From contig JBHLRZ010000013.1 in NCBI GenBank assembly GCA_048882045.1, positions 1-64,000 of the forward strand: a DNA stretch of 64,000 nt, given 5' to 3'. Source of the stretch: Candidatus Thorarchaeota archaeon. Lineage in GTDB: Archaea; Asgardarchaeota; Thorarchaeia; Thorarchaeales; Thorarchaeaceae. The stretch's first letter is position 1, and each line of letters starts with the position of its first letter. Shown piece after piece: positions 18,575-29,153 of the stretch. The translations under genes and the position numbers were made by a program. The notes below the pieces were generated by a model. It saw only the letters and a program-made list of their open reading frames with translations. It had not been told where the DNA came from and did no database searches.

Positions 18575-20410
18575 ATGAACAGGTTGTGGACTGTTGCATT
18601 CTTCACATTCATTTTATTCATTCCATTGACATACTCGAGTCCCGTCGCAAGAGAAGACCCAATGACGCCAGCAGACACAACACCCCCAGGAATCGACAGG
18701 ATATATGGCGAGCTAATCGTTGATGAGATCTATGAAAAAGTAAGAGACACAAATCTTCGAGATATCGTTCAAAAAGTCACTGAGAATGGATCACGCTATC
18801 TAGAGGGAGGATTCCCGGTTCATAATGGACCGAACTACGACCTCAGACAGTATCTGATAGAACAAATGGACGAACTCTCTCAAGGCAGACTCGAGATAGA
18901 GATCATTGGAAACTATGATAACATTGTAGCGAAACTACCAGGCTACCTACCTGGGGAGCAACCAGTCTTTGCTGTGACAGCCCACTACGACTCACCCGAT
19001 CAAAGTCCTGGTGCCAACACTGATGGCATTGGCATAGCAGCAGTCCTCACATTAGTCGAAGTGATGTCGCAGTACGAGTGGCCACTTGACATCTACTTTA
19101 TGGTGTTCAATGGACTCCATCCAGCAGCACCAAGTTTCTTCATGGAAGGGAGCAAAGAAACTGCTATTATTCTGAGAAATCGCGGATTGGAAACACTCGC
19201 CCTCTACAATGTGGATACAATTCTGTTTCCCCACCCATCTGTTCCGCTAGATGCCCAAGTGCAGTTTGGATATGATATCGGAAGCTACTCGTTGGGGCGT
19301 TATTGGGCAGAACTCGCAAGGGCTATGAGTAACAACTATGGAAATGATGTGATACTACCAGTACCCTCTTTGAATTTCGCGCTTTGGCCGTATTCTGATC
19401 ATTATGCTTTTGCTGCCCGTGGGTTCTCCGGGGCTTTGTGTGCCTTCGAGTCAGGTTATGCAGTAGATGATGCATACCACGATATTACAGACACTTGGAA
19501 TAATCCAACGTATCGTTATGATCTAGGACATGAAGTGACCGGAGCAATTGGAGCAAGTATGGCTTTTACCATGAGTAAGACATACGGAAAACCACAGAAC
19601 CTTCAGTATTCACTAATCATAGAGGAAGAAGACACGGAAAGAATCTACATTCAGATAAGTACACCAACCCGACTTGAGATATCCTGTAGATGGTACGGTG
19701 GCCCTGCAACATTTACACTATATGACCCAAGCGACGTGGCAATTGGATCACGTATCTATAGTAGCGCTTCAGCCTGGGAATATACGGACCTCTATGATCT
19801 TCAAGTTTCTAGTCAGGGTCTGTATACCCTCGCAATGGAAAACACAGGACCAGAATCAATCGGGTTCGTATTGAATGTGACACACAATACTGACATAGAT
19901 GAGAATGGGATTCTCGACCACAACGAGTTCTGGTTGGATTCAGAGTATTTCAGTACCGATGAAGATTCAGACGGTCTTTCAGCGGCTATGGAGGTATTCC
20001 TCAATACTGATGACACTTCAGCGGATTCCGATGGTGACACCATGGATGACAAGTTCGAGGTGGACAATGGTCTTGATCCAACAGACCCATCTGACGCGAG
20101 TAGAGATGAAGATGGAGACGGACTTACAAACGCGCAGGAATATTCTATTGGACTGAACTTATTCTCTGCGGACTCGGATCAGGACCAGATGGATGACCTG
20201 TGGGAGTTGGAGAATGGACTGAATCCACTGTTTGATGACTCGATGCTCGATCCTGATGGTGATGACAGGACCAATCTCCAAGAGTATCTCGAGGGAACAG
20301 ACCCGAATGTTGCGGAACAAGAACCTATCCCGATTGAGTGGTTCATAATACCTGGTGTAGCTATTGCGCTTATAGTAGGGTTTCTTTACTACCAGAGAAT
20401 CAAGTTTTGA
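18575..20410 (+). CDS. Membrane-anchored M28 peptidase-like protein with DxDxDG Ca-binding repeats (altered active site)
   Basis: Signal peptide, AHYDS, PGANTDG, SDH, YH; DSDGD repeats; C-terminal TM. Confidence 0.8.
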   Translation: MNRLWTVAFFTFILFIPLTYSSPVAREDPMTPADTTPPGIDRIYGELIVDEIYEKVRDTNLRDIVQKVTENGSRYLEGGFPVHNGPNYDLRQYLIEQMDELSQGRLEIEIIGNYDNIVAKLPGYLPGEQPVFAVTAHYDSPDQSPGANTDGIGIAAVLTLVEVMSQYEWPLDIYFMVFNGLHPAAPSFFMEGSKETAIILRNRGLETLALYNVDTILFPHPSVPLDAQVQFGYDIGSYSLGRYWAELARAMSNNYGNDVILPVPSLNFALWPYSDHYAFAARGFSGALCAFESGYAVDDAYHDITDTWNNPTYRYDLGHEVTGAIGASMAFTMSKTYGKPQNLQYSLIIEEEDTERIYIQISTPTRLEISCRWYGGPATFTLYDPSDVAIGSRIYSSASAWEYTDLYDLQVSSQGLYTLAMENTGPESIGFVLNVTHNTDIDENGILDHNEFWLDSEYFSTDEDSDGLSAAMEVFLNTDDTSADSDGDTMDDKFEVDNGLDPTDPSDASRDEDGDGLTNAQEYSIGLNLFSADSDQDQMDDLWELENGLNPLFDDSMLDPDGDDRTNLQEYLEGTDPNVAEQEPIPIEWFIIPGVAIALIVGFLYYQRIKF

Positions 20411-22287
20411 TGCTAGCTGAGTGGTGGTTGAAACTTGTGAAAAGGTTGTTCGTGGCGACTTTCTTTATAGCTATCATTGTGTGTCCAGTAGGTGCCTTAC
20501 GTCTCGACAAAATTGAGAATCCTGTGATAGTGTCGGATACAACTGAGCCAGACCTCGAACGAATATACGGTCGAATAGTGGCCGAAGAGCTGTGGCAAAA
20601 CATAACAGCTTCTGAAATTCTTGATATTATCAGAAAATTCACAGAGAATGGGACTCGATTTGTGTCAGCTGTGGGAGATGTAGAAGATGATCAGGGAGCA
20701 AACAAAGCAGCCAGACTTTACATTATTCAACAGCTTGAAGAATTGACTCATGGAAGAATAGAGATTGAACTCATAGGTCAATATGCAAATGTGATTGGCA
20801 AGTTGCCTGGTTACCTGCCTGGAGATCATCCAGCGTTTATTGTGTCAGCCCATTACGATTCGCCATCGGGTTGTCCTGGTGCGAACTGTGATGGTAGTGG
20901 AATTGCTGTCATGCTTACCTTGGCTAGAGTGATGTCCCAGTACGAGTGGCCACTTGACATCTACTTCATGGCATTCAATGGACTACATCCACACGGTATA
21001 TTGTGGTCAGACTTCTATGAAGGAAGTCAAGAAGTTGCAGGTGAACTGAGACATCGAGGATTCCAGAACCTAGCAATGTTCAACATCGATACGATTCTCC
21101 ACCCTGATCCGGATGCACCGACTGATCAACGATTATTGATGGGATTCAATGTCTATGCATCGTATACAGCAAGTCAATACTGGGCAGAACTTGCTAAAAC
21201 GATGAGCGACTACTATGGTAGAGGAGAAATCACTTCAGTTCCAGGAATAATACAGATTCCAATCTGGGATCTTGCTGATCATGTCCCATTCTTCAACAGA
21301 GATTTTCCTGGAGTTGTCACTGCCTTTGAATCAGGCTACGAAACTGATGCGGTGTATCATACAGGTTCAGATGTCTACTACAATCCAGGGTATAACTATG
21401 GACTTGCCAAGGAACTCGCGGCTACTATAGGTGCTTGTATGGGGTACACTATGGGAAGGACATTTGGCAAACCAAGACAAATCAATACATCAATCATCAT
21501 TGAGAATGAGAGTGTAGAAACATTCTACATTCCTATTACAACACCGACAAATCTGGAAGTCATATGTAGATGGTTTGGTGGGCCAGCTAGTTTCTATCTC
21601 AGGGACCCAAACAACGCACTCATTGGAATTGCAGAGTTCGATGAACCGTCAGCCTGGGAAGCAGTCAAACTCTTTGATATACCCGTTTCAGTTGAAGGTC
21701 TGTACTCACTATCTATTGTAACGGGTCATGAAGATGTCGGGTTTGAGATGTCCTATACCTTTGATACAGATATTGATGGAAATGGTGTTCTAGACCGTAA
21801 TGAGTTTTGGTTGGATCCAGTCTACTTCGTTACTGACCTAGATGGAGATGGATTATCTGCTGCTGATGAGCTCTTCCTAGGCACTGATGATGAGAACATA
21901 GATTCAGATGGCGACTCCATGGATGACAAGTTCGAAGTGGATAATGGTTTTGACCCTACAAATCCTTCAGACGGCGCTGGTGACGCGGATCACGATGGTC
22001 TAACTAACACAGCGGAGTATTTAATGGGTCTGAATCTATTCTCAGCGGATTCGGATCAGGACCGGATGGATGACCTTTGGGAGGTTGAGAACGGACTGAG
22101 ACCACTATTTGATGACTCAATGCTCGATGCTGATGGCGATGGCAAGACCAATCTGCAAGAGTATCTGGAGGGAACTGATCCACAAGTTGAAGAAAAAGAA
22201 GATGTGCCTGTAATCTGGTTAGTCGCACCATTTATTCTGATTGCAGTCATCGCAGGGTTTGTTTATGTTGGAAGGGATTATTTCTGA
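20410..22287 (+). CDS. Membrane-anchored M28 peptidase-like protein, paralog 2 (altered active site)
   Basis: Same architecture; start probably ATG 20410 (TGATG overlap) or GTG 20437. Confidence 0.8.
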   Translation: MLAEWWLKLVKRLFVATFFIAIIVCPVGALRLDKIENPVIVSDTTEPDLERIYGRIVAEELWQNITASEILDIIRKFTENGTRFVSAVGDVEDDQGANKAARLYIIQQLEELTHGRIEIELIGQYANVIGKLPGYLPGDHPAFIVSAHYDSPSGCPGANCDGSGIAVMLTLARVMSQYEWPLDIYFMAFNGLHPHGILWSDFYEGSQEVAGELRHRGFQNLAMFNIDTILHPDPDAPTDQRLLMGFNVYASYTASQYWAELAKTMSDYYGRGEITSVPGIIQIPIWDLADHVPFFNRDFPGVVTAFESGYETDAVYHTGSDVYYNPGYNYGLAKELAATIGACMGYTMGRTFGKPRQINTSIIIENESVETFYIPITTPTNLEVICRWFGGPASFYLRDPNNALIGIAEFDEPSAWEAVKLFDIPVSVEGLYSLSIVTGHEDVGFEMSYTFDTDIDGNGVLDRNEFWLDPVYFVTDLDGDGLSAADELFLGTDDENIDSDGDSMDDKFEVDNGFDPTNPSDGAGDADHDGLTNTAEYLMGLNLFSADSDQDRMDDLWEVENGLRPLFDDSMLDADGDGKTNLQEYLEGTDPQVEEKEDVPVIWLVAPFILIAVIAGFVYVGRDYF

Positions 22288-22309
22288 CCGAAGAATCTGA
22301 GGTTTTTCA

Positions 22310-24130
22310 ATGAAAAGGGTTCTAATGATAATCATCTTCGTGTCGCTTGTAGTGACACCTGTTGATTTCGCAGCCGCCACAACTATTGAGAGAGGACCTG
22401 CAACCTCGAAAATAGTTGTTGAACCTCTTTCTCAGACGAGGGTATATGGCGAAGACCTGTCTGAAACGATATTCAGAGGTATTTCAGTTGACTCCTTCAG
22501 AGACTTCTTGATACAGCTCACGGAGAATGGCTCACGGTGGATTACAGGTCCAGATGGAAGGAGCGATGCAAACAGAGAAGCTCAGGATTGGATTGCTGAA
22601 GAGCTTATCAGAGTATCAGACGGGAGAATAGAAGTCGAGATCATCGGGGACCACCATTCTGTCGTAGGAAAGTTGCCAGGATATTTCCCCTACGAAGCTC
22701 CTGCACTGCTTGTAGGTGGACATTATGACAGCGTTGTTGAATCACCAGGAGCAAATGACGATGGGGTTGGAGTAGCAACAATGCTTGAGCTTGCGCGTGT
22801 TTTCTCTCAGTATGAGTGGCCACTTGATGTGTACTTTGGAGCTTGGAATGCAGAGGAAATCGGCTTAGTTGGAGCAAGAGAGGTTGCACAGGAGTTTCAG
22901 GACAGAGGGATTGACATCCTGGTCTATTACAATATCGACATGCTGCTAGTCAGAAACCCCTATGCACCAGACAGTCGCGCTGTTTTGATGGCATATCCGG
23001 ACATGGCGTATCATGATGGTCAATATTGGGCTGAACTGGCAATGCTCATGAGCAGACAATATGGAAACGGATTGATCCTTCCCATTTCTTCAAGTAGTTT
23101 CTCAGGGTGGGAACGCTCAGATCATTGGGCATTTATTACAAAAGGGTATGAAACCTCACTCTTCGCCCATGAGAGTGGTTTTGAATATGACGCGGCATAT
23201 CATACTAGTCAGGACAGATGGGACAACACGTTATACAACTACACAATAGGAATAGAAGTCGTCAAAGCAATTGGTGCATGTTTTGCATACATAATGAGTA
23301 GAGAGTATCAAAAGCCCGTTACAGAAGAGATTAGGTTCATTCTTCATGAAGGGGAAGAACGAGTCTTCTATCTACCTGTGACTACTCAGACATCAGTCAA
23401 TGTTACATGTCGTTGGTGGGGAGGATATGCAGATTTCCTTCTGAGAAACCCATCGGATGTACTGATAGGTGCCTCCTATAACAGTGAGAGTTCAGCTTGG
23501 GCACCAACAAACGTGATGAATCCAAGTGTTTCAGAATTTGGAATACACACACTCACTGTATTCAATCCAGGACATGAAATGACTGGATTTGAACTCTTGT
23601 TTGAATATGAGTCTGACATCAATCGCAATTTCGTTCCGGACAGCCAGGAGTTTTGGTTTGATGCATCTTATTTCTCTCTAGACTCTGACTCAGATTTACT
23701 CAGTGATGCTGACGAGTACATCATTGGAACCAAACCAGACTCCCCAGATTCGGACTCAGATACAATGCTGGATTCATGGGAGCTCGAGTTTGGGCTAAAC
23801 CCTCTCTTTTCTGGGGATGCTGAACTGGACCCTGACTCAGATGGGGTCTTGAACAGAGACGAATACACCAATAATACCAATCCCCACTCACAGGATTCAG
23901 ATCAAGACGAAATCCCTGACAAATGGGAGATAGATAATAATCTTGATCCAATGTACAATGACGCCCTGGAAGATCCTGATAATGATGCAGTAACTAACCT
24001 TGACGAGTACTTAGAAGGGACGAATCCGCACTATGCAGAACTCAGGCTAGAAAGATATGTTATACCCATCTCAGCAGTTGGCATTGCTGTTGTTCTTTTC
24101 GTTTCATATGTAGTTCGACGAAGAATTTAA
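22310..24130 (+). CDS. Membrane-anchored M28 aminopeptidase, paralog 3 (intact motifs)
   Basis: GHYDS, PGANDDG, LELAR, NAEEIGL, NIDM, SDH, YHT; DxDxD repeats; C-terminal TM. Confidence 0.88.
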   Translation: MKRVLMIIIFVSLVVTPVDFAAATTIERGPATSKIVVEPLSQTRVYGEDLSETIFRGISVDSFRDFLIQLTENGSRWITGPDGRSDANREAQDWIAEELIRVSDGRIEVEIIGDHHSVVGKLPGYFPYEAPALLVGGHYDSVVESPGANDDGVGVATMLELARVFSQYEWPLDVYFGAWNAEEIGLVGAREVAQEFQDRGIDILVYYNIDMLLVRNPYAPDSRAVLMAYPDMAYHDGQYWAELAMLMSRQYGNGLILPISSSSFSGWERSDHWAFITKGYETSLFAHESGFEYDAAYHTSQDRWDNTLYNYTIGIEVVKAIGACFAYIMSREYQKPVTEEIRFILHEGEERVFYLPVTTQTSVNVTCRWWGGYADFLLRNPSDVLIGASYNSESSAWAPTNVMNPSVSEFGIHTLTVFNPGHEMTGFELLFEYESDINRNFVPDSQEFWFDASYFSLDSDSDLLSDADEYIIGTKPDSPDSDSDTMLDSWELEFGLNPLFSGDAELDPDSDGVLNRDEYTNNTNPHSQDSDQDEIPDKWEIDNNLDPMYNDALEDPDNDAVTNLDEYLEGTNPHYAELRLERYVIPISAVGIAVVLFVSYVVRRRI

Positions 24131-24195
24131 CCAATCATCGGCCAAAGATTCAAATTCTCTAGACCTACGGATTTCGTGGAATTGGTGAGTAGTGG

Positions 24196-25071
24196 TTGTA
24201 CATTCCAAGTAGGCGTGCACTCAGACTTGTTGAAATCCAAGAGAGTGTACTCCCTGAGGATGAATGGTTGATTGGTGTTTCAGACCTTGGATACTTCAAG
24301 GGTATGGGATACTCAATGCCCATAGTTGATGATTCTGACGAATCTGAGAGCTCAGGTAAACTCTATGCATTCCTTCCAGGTCTTTTCTATTGTTCCTCAC
24401 AACAGACATCTGTTGATAGCGTACTTATTGAAGTGAGTCACAAGGAAATTTCTGGCGTGACGTTGCCTAGTTTTCGACCAGAGGACGTACGAACATTTGA
24501 TGTTGGAAAAGGGATGACTTTGAGTGATAGTGGGAATCTCCAACCTATAGACATCACGATTGACTCATTGGGTAGTTTCGGTGTCGAGTCATTCCTCAAA
24601 GACACAGGATTGAATTACGAGTTTCTCAACTTCAAAAGAGAGATGCAAATAGCGGTTCATCTTGCAGAGATGATTCCACTAGCTAATCTAAAGAAAGCCT
24701 ATGTATCCAGTTCTTTTCTTAGAGCGAGAATCACCAAACTCCTCGATGACATTGAATTCTTTGGGCTTAATCCGAGAAGAAGGCTCTATATTCGAAACGA
24801 CAAGTACCCCTATGGTTCAGTTATTGATGTGAAATATCCTGGTCTCGGAGATAATCTAGATATGTACACTGGTGCTGGAATCATCTGTCCTGATGACCCA
24901 GAACTGGAAGAAGAAATTGGCAAACTATCATTCTCCAAGCTCGTAGACTCGGGGGTCGAAATAGATGTGGAAAGGGCAATCCTCGATATGCTCCTATACA
25001 TCAGATTTGAGTTCGAGGGGAGCACTTCACATGGTGATGTCCTACAGGCTTTGTTTGAGGAGGGTGAGTGA
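24196..25071 (+). CDS. Hypothetical protein
   Basis: 291-aa ORF, GGTGA RBS, GTGA overlap with the next gene. Confidence 0.6.
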   Translation: MYIPSRRALRLVEIQESVLPEDEWLIGVSDLGYFKGMGYSMPIVDDSDESESSGKLYAFLPGLFYCSSQQTSVDSVLIEVSHKEISGVTLPSFRPEDVRTFDVGKGMTLSDSGNLQPIDITIDSLGSFGVESFLKDTGLNYEFLNFKREMQIAVHLAEMIPLANLKKAYVSSSFLRARITKLLDDIEFFGLNPRRRLYIRNDKYPYGSVIDVKYPGLGDNLDMYTGAGIICPDDPELEEEIGKLSFSKLVDSGVEIDVERAILDMLLYIRFEFEGSTSHGDVLQALFEEGE

Positions 25072-26606
25072 GGATGGAGAGCTGGGCACACACTACAAAA
25101 ACGATTGTTGAAAACCTCCACAACACCTGGCTTTATCGAACAATAGAGGAATGGACAAGAAGAGACGCTCTTGAAATTCGCGAAGAACTCGGATTAGAGA
25201 GCTTTTCGGTAACATCCTCGGATTCTGTCGAGATGTATTCAAGTATCAAGCAGCATATTCTATCCAAAACAATTCACGACAAAGAAACGTTGGACTTCTT
25301 GATGAAGGTTCCAAACTGGGTCGGTTTCAGTCTTGATGAAAACGAGTTCAGGTCTGGGCAACAAGTCATCGGAGCTGCAAGGGAAGAAGCTATAGCCATG
25401 CTCTGGTTGATGGCACTTCCAAAGATCATCATTAGTCCAAAAACCATGCCTGAAGAATATCCAATTGATGCGATTCATGGCTTCATAAAGAGAATCCTTG
25501 ATTCAGATGCGTCTAGAACTAAGCTGAGGAAACAGATGTCAACGGAAATGGAACGTCGGGGTATACCGGATATCGTCTTTAATCCTAATCCGATTGGTAG
25601 AGGCTACGTTATTGACGAATCAATGAGGGAACAGCGCCTCAGAGCTCTCATTGCCTTGGTTGTGATGAAATCTAGTGGGTGTCCATTCGATCTAGATGCT
25701 GTCTTCTCATTGGATGAAAATGAGATAGTTGAAGAAGCGACAGCAAACATTGTAACAATGCATGCACAGAATATGCTGAATAATCAAATTACTGGTGGAG
25801 GTGGAAGACGTCCGTTTGATTGGCCTCTTATTGGAAATCCTGAGATTTGTGCGAGATTGTTTGTGACTCTGGACATTCTTGCTCAATCAGCTACAAAGAT
25901 GACTTCGTGCTCCATGTTTTCCTCTACCATAAATGCTCAGAAAGCAAAATGGAGAGATTTGGACTTCATAGCTTTCCTTGTCGAAGAGTTAGTTACTCAT
26001 TATGCTGAGATAAAACGTACTCGACTAGGAAGGGGGCAGAACCACGAGCTGTCCCTCTTTGTAGATCTAATCAATGAAGAGAAACTTGAGATTGCTGCAC
26101 GACTACTTGAATCAGATAAGATTGGACAGGACCTTTTTGATGAACTCACAACATATAAACAGCGAGCAAAGACTGGCGAAAGACCTGATATTAGTCCCGA
26201 ACGGAGATTCGGTGCTGTTCTATCTAACTTGAAACAGAGCCTTGAAGAAGAGAAGCTGGAGAGCATAGACCGAGAAACAATCATCGACCAAGTGGATAAT
26301 ATTTTTGATGCCCTTGTTGAGGTGGTTGAGAGCCACCTAGACTCTCTTGGTGAAGAAGCCGAAAGATTCACACAGGCACTCTGTTTTGAAACCTCCATAA
26401 GACTCATTCAATTACTAGGTCTAGGAGAGGCTTTGATGGATTTGCCATGGGTTTCGCGCTTCATTGCTGAGGAGTCAGCACGAACCGATATCACTGAAGG
26501 AGACTTGACTAAGCTTGATGACGAACACCGAATCAAGAGGATTGTTTCCGCATATGCAGGAGGAGTGACCTACGTGATCCTCCAGTTTCAAAGTAATCTC
26601 AAGTGA
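25068..26606 (+). CDS. Hypothetical, largely alpha-helical protein
   Basis: 512-aa ORF translationally coupled to the upstream gene. Confidence 0.65.
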   Translation: MRMESWAHTTKTIVENLHNTWLYRTIEEWTRRDALEIREELGLESFSVTSSDSVEMYSSIKQHILSKTIHDKETLDFLMKVPNWVGFSLDENEFRSGQQVIGAAREEAIAMLWLMALPKIIISPKTMPEEYPIDAIHGFIKRILDSDASRTKLRKQMSTEMERRGIPDIVFNPNPIGRGYVIDESMREQRLRALIALVVMKSSGCPFDLDAVFSLDENEIVEEATANIVTMHAQNMLNNQITGGGGRRPFDWPLIGNPEICARLFVTLDILAQSATKMTSCSMFSSTINAQKAKWRDLDFIAFLVEELVTHYAEIKRTRLGRGQNHELSLFVDLINEEKLEIAARLLESDKIGQDLFDELTTYKQRAKTGERPDISPERRFGAVLSNLKQSLEEEKLESIDRETIIDQVDNIFDALVEVVESHLDSLGEEAERFTQALCFETSIRLIQLLGLGEALMDLPWVSRFIAEESARTDITEGDLTKLDDEHRIKRIVSAYAGGVTYVILQFQSNLK

Positions 26607-27504
26607 AGGTTCTCATCACAGTATCCCAGCGATGCTGGATGAACGCTTCGAAATCAGCTATCTTCTTGTCATCTCGTTTAGGTTTGAAGAGATGCGAGAA
26701 TCTACCCTGAAGTTTCAGGAAATCATCGATTGGTTTCCTCTTCTCCGGGTCTTGGAATCTCTTACTATGTCTTCCAAGTATGAACTCATCACCAATCCTC
26801 TCCCATTGAATCCAATATCCGGTTTCAACTGCAAGTTTTCCGATCTCAACGCCCTTCTCAACTGGATAGTTCCAAGCTTGCGGACATGGAAGGAAGATAT
26901 GTCCAAATTTGGGACCTTCATATTCTCGTGCCTTCTGGAATTTTTCAAACAGGTCTCTAGGATAGGATGTGTTCGCAGTGAACTGATACACAGGCTCATG
27001 GGCTGCGACAATAAGATCGAGCATTTTCTCAGGCTCAGTCTTACCAAACCAAGTAGTTGTTGTCTTTGCATGGAGGGGAGTAGCTCCGGAACGCTGTGTG
27101 CCCGTATTGCTGTAGACCTGGTTGTTGTAACAGATATAGAGAAAGTCAGTCCTACGCTCCAATGCCCCACTTAGAGCCTGAAGACCAATGTCAAATGTTC
27201 CACCATCACCAGCCCAGACCATCACCATTGTGTGGTCGTTTCCTTTTGCTTTCAGTGCTGCTTTTACTCCAGAAGCTGTTGCTCCAGAAGCCATGAATGC
27301 TGTGTTCAGAACAGGAATCCCGAGTCCACTCTTTGGCCAGAGTGATTGCACGACACTTGTACAACAGGCAGGTACTACTTGGATGACATCACCCTCGAGA
27401 GCTTTGTGAGCATGTCGAAGAGCTACCATGTCTTGACAACCTGCGCAAGCGGCATTTCCTTTCAGTACGTATTCTTTGAGTGGCATATCTTTCGTTGCTA
27501 CCAT
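26599..27504 (-). CDS. porB: Pyruvate/2-oxoacid:ferredoxin oxidoreductase beta subunit
   Basis: ACAGC, GDGGTFDIGLQALSG, YSNTGTQRSGATP, PCP; start MVATK at 27504. Confidence 0.92.
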   Translation of the reverse strand: MVATKDMPLKEYVLKGNAACAGCQDMVALRHAHKALEGDVIQVVPACCTSVVQSLWPKSGLGIPVLNTAFMASGATASGVKAALKAKGNDHTMVMVWAGDGGTFDIGLQALSGALERRTDFLYICYNNQVYSNTGTQRSGATPLHAKTTTTWFGKTEPEKMLDLIVAAHEPVYQFTANTSYPRDLFEKFQKAREYEGPKFGHIFLPCPQAWNYPVEKGVEIGKLAVETGYWIQWERIGDEFILGRHSKRFQDPEKRKPIDDFLKLQGRFSHLFKPKRDDKKIADFEAFIQHRWDTVMRTFT

Positions 27505-27506
27505 CT

Positions 27507-28688
27507 TCACTCCTCCATTAGGTTGTGCCAAGTCTCTTCGGGATCTAGCTCTCCGCTCTCAACCGAGTTGAATGTGTCCAGGATTACAGTCTTGATATCA
27601 GGAACTGTCATGTCCCGACCTCCTAGGCCACCGATGTAGCTCTTAATCATCGGTCGATACTTAGTATGATACATCGAGGATCTTATGTCATTGGCAACAG
27701 GACCACCAAATCCATACGACACTCCGCGGTCAAAACTGGCAAACGCCTTCACCCGACTTCCGAGTTCACGTATCTTCTCCACGGGGAATGGGCGAATCAT
27801 TCTCATCCTGGCGTTTCCTACTTTGTATCCTTCCTCCCTCAGTTCGTCGATGGCATCCTTTGCCTCAGCACCAATAGAGCCCTGTGAGGTGAACACAACC
27901 TCAGCATCATCACATCTGTAACAGTCGATAGGTCCTCCAAAATGCTTGCCAAAGAGTTTCTTGTAGTCCTTCTCAACTTCTTCATAGACCTTGAGAGCAT
28001 TCTGTGTCCCCTCATGCATCATGTATCTGAACTCCTGGTAGTGCTCAGGAAAAACTATGTTGCCATGTGACACTGGATTCTCAGGATCCATGACCCAGTG
28101 TGGAGGAGTATATGGTGGAAGGAACTTGTCGACTTCCTCTGCCTCAAGATAATCAAAGGTTGAAAGCGTGTGACTGAGTACAAAACCATCTGCGTTGACC
28201 ATCACTGGCATGAGGACACGCTCATCTTCTGCAAGTTTGAAGGATTGAATGATTGTGTGGTACAACTCGTCAACACTTGAAACATAGAATTGAATCCAGC
28301 CGGTATCACGTTTGGAGTAGGAATCATCGTGTGTCACATGAATGTTCCAGCTAGGTGAAACAGACCGATTAACATTGTTCAGTACAATAGGCAGTCTGGC
28401 TGCAGCGGCCCAGTGCAAAGCCTCATCCATTAGAAGAAGTCCATTGGATGATGTTGCAGTGAAAGCTCTTGCTCCGGTTGAGCTTGCTCCAATGCAGGCA
28501 AACATCGCAGAGTGCTCAGACTCAACCCTGATGAACTCGCCCTTGAAAATACCCTTCTCATTCAGCAGTGCAATCTGTTCTGGTACGGTAGTCGCTGGTG
28601 TGATTGGGTATGCAGCAACCACCTCTACCCGAGCTGAAACCACAGATCTTGCGGCAGCATAGTTTGCACTCATGAGTTCAGTTTTCAT
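27507..28688 (-). CDS. porA: Pyruvate/2-oxoacid:ferredoxin oxidoreductase alpha subunit
   Basis: AYPITP, VESEHSA, TATSS.GL, DGF.LSH, GLGGRD. Confidence 0.92.
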   Translation of the reverse strand: MKTELMSANYAAARSVVSARVEVVAAYPITPATTVPEQIALLNEKGIFKGEFIRVESEHSAMFACIGASSTGARAFTATSSNGLLLMDEALHWAAAARLPIVLNNVNRSVSPSWNIHVTHDDSYSKRDTGWIQFYVSSVDELYHTIIQSFKLAEDERVLMPVMVNADGFVLSHTLSTFDYLEAEEVDKFLPPYTPPHWVMDPENPVSHGNIVFPEHYQEFRYMMHEGTQNALKVYEEVEKDYKKLFGKHFGGPIDCYRCDDAEVVFTSQGSIGAEAKDAIDELREEGYKVGNARMRMIRPFPVEKIRELGSRVKAFASFDRGVSYGFGGPVANDIRSSMYHTKYRPMIKSYIGGLGGRDMTVPDIKTVILDTFNSVESGELDPEETWHNLMEE

Positions 28689-29005
28689 ACTTCACCAGTC
28701 CTCCTCTTTCGCTCATCAGTTCTGAGCATCTCGATACAATGCTTCGGACAGACCTGGGCGCAAATGCCGCACCCCTTACAATAGTCATAGTCCGTGTGAG
28801 GAGTTCCATCCTCATCCAAGCTGATGACAGCCTCGGGGCAGTGGAGCCAACATGTGCGGCATCTGTTACACTCATCATAGTCCACAACGGGATCAAAAGT
28901 GCGCCAGCTGCCAGTCTTACCTGTAGCACCAATGGTGGGTTTGGAGTAAGATGTCTTTGGCATTTCCTTCCTGCTCTTTGGCTCGGTATTTACCTCGTTT
29001 ACCAA
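28685..29005 (-). CDS. porD: 2-oxoacid:ferredoxin oxidoreductase delta (2x[4Fe-4S]) subunit; start uncertain
   Basis: KTGSWRT..PV, CNRCRTCWLHCP, DYDYCKGCGICAQVCP. Confidence 0.9.
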   Translation of the reverse strand: MVNEVNTEPKSRKEMPKTSYSKPTIGATGKTGSWRTFDPVVDYDECNRCRTCWLHCPEAVISLDEDGTPHTDYDYCKGCGICAQVCPKHCIEMLRTDERKRRTGEV

Positions 29006-29153
29006 CCAGATCCACGTCCACTGAAGGCCTACATGGGCTCGCGTTAACACAGACAATTAAGCGTTATGATACTGTTGATAGGGGAACTACATGATTCGGT
29101 TGCCTTATCAGATTGAAAGCCTACGAGAGTATAATCAACGAGGTTGATTTAGA

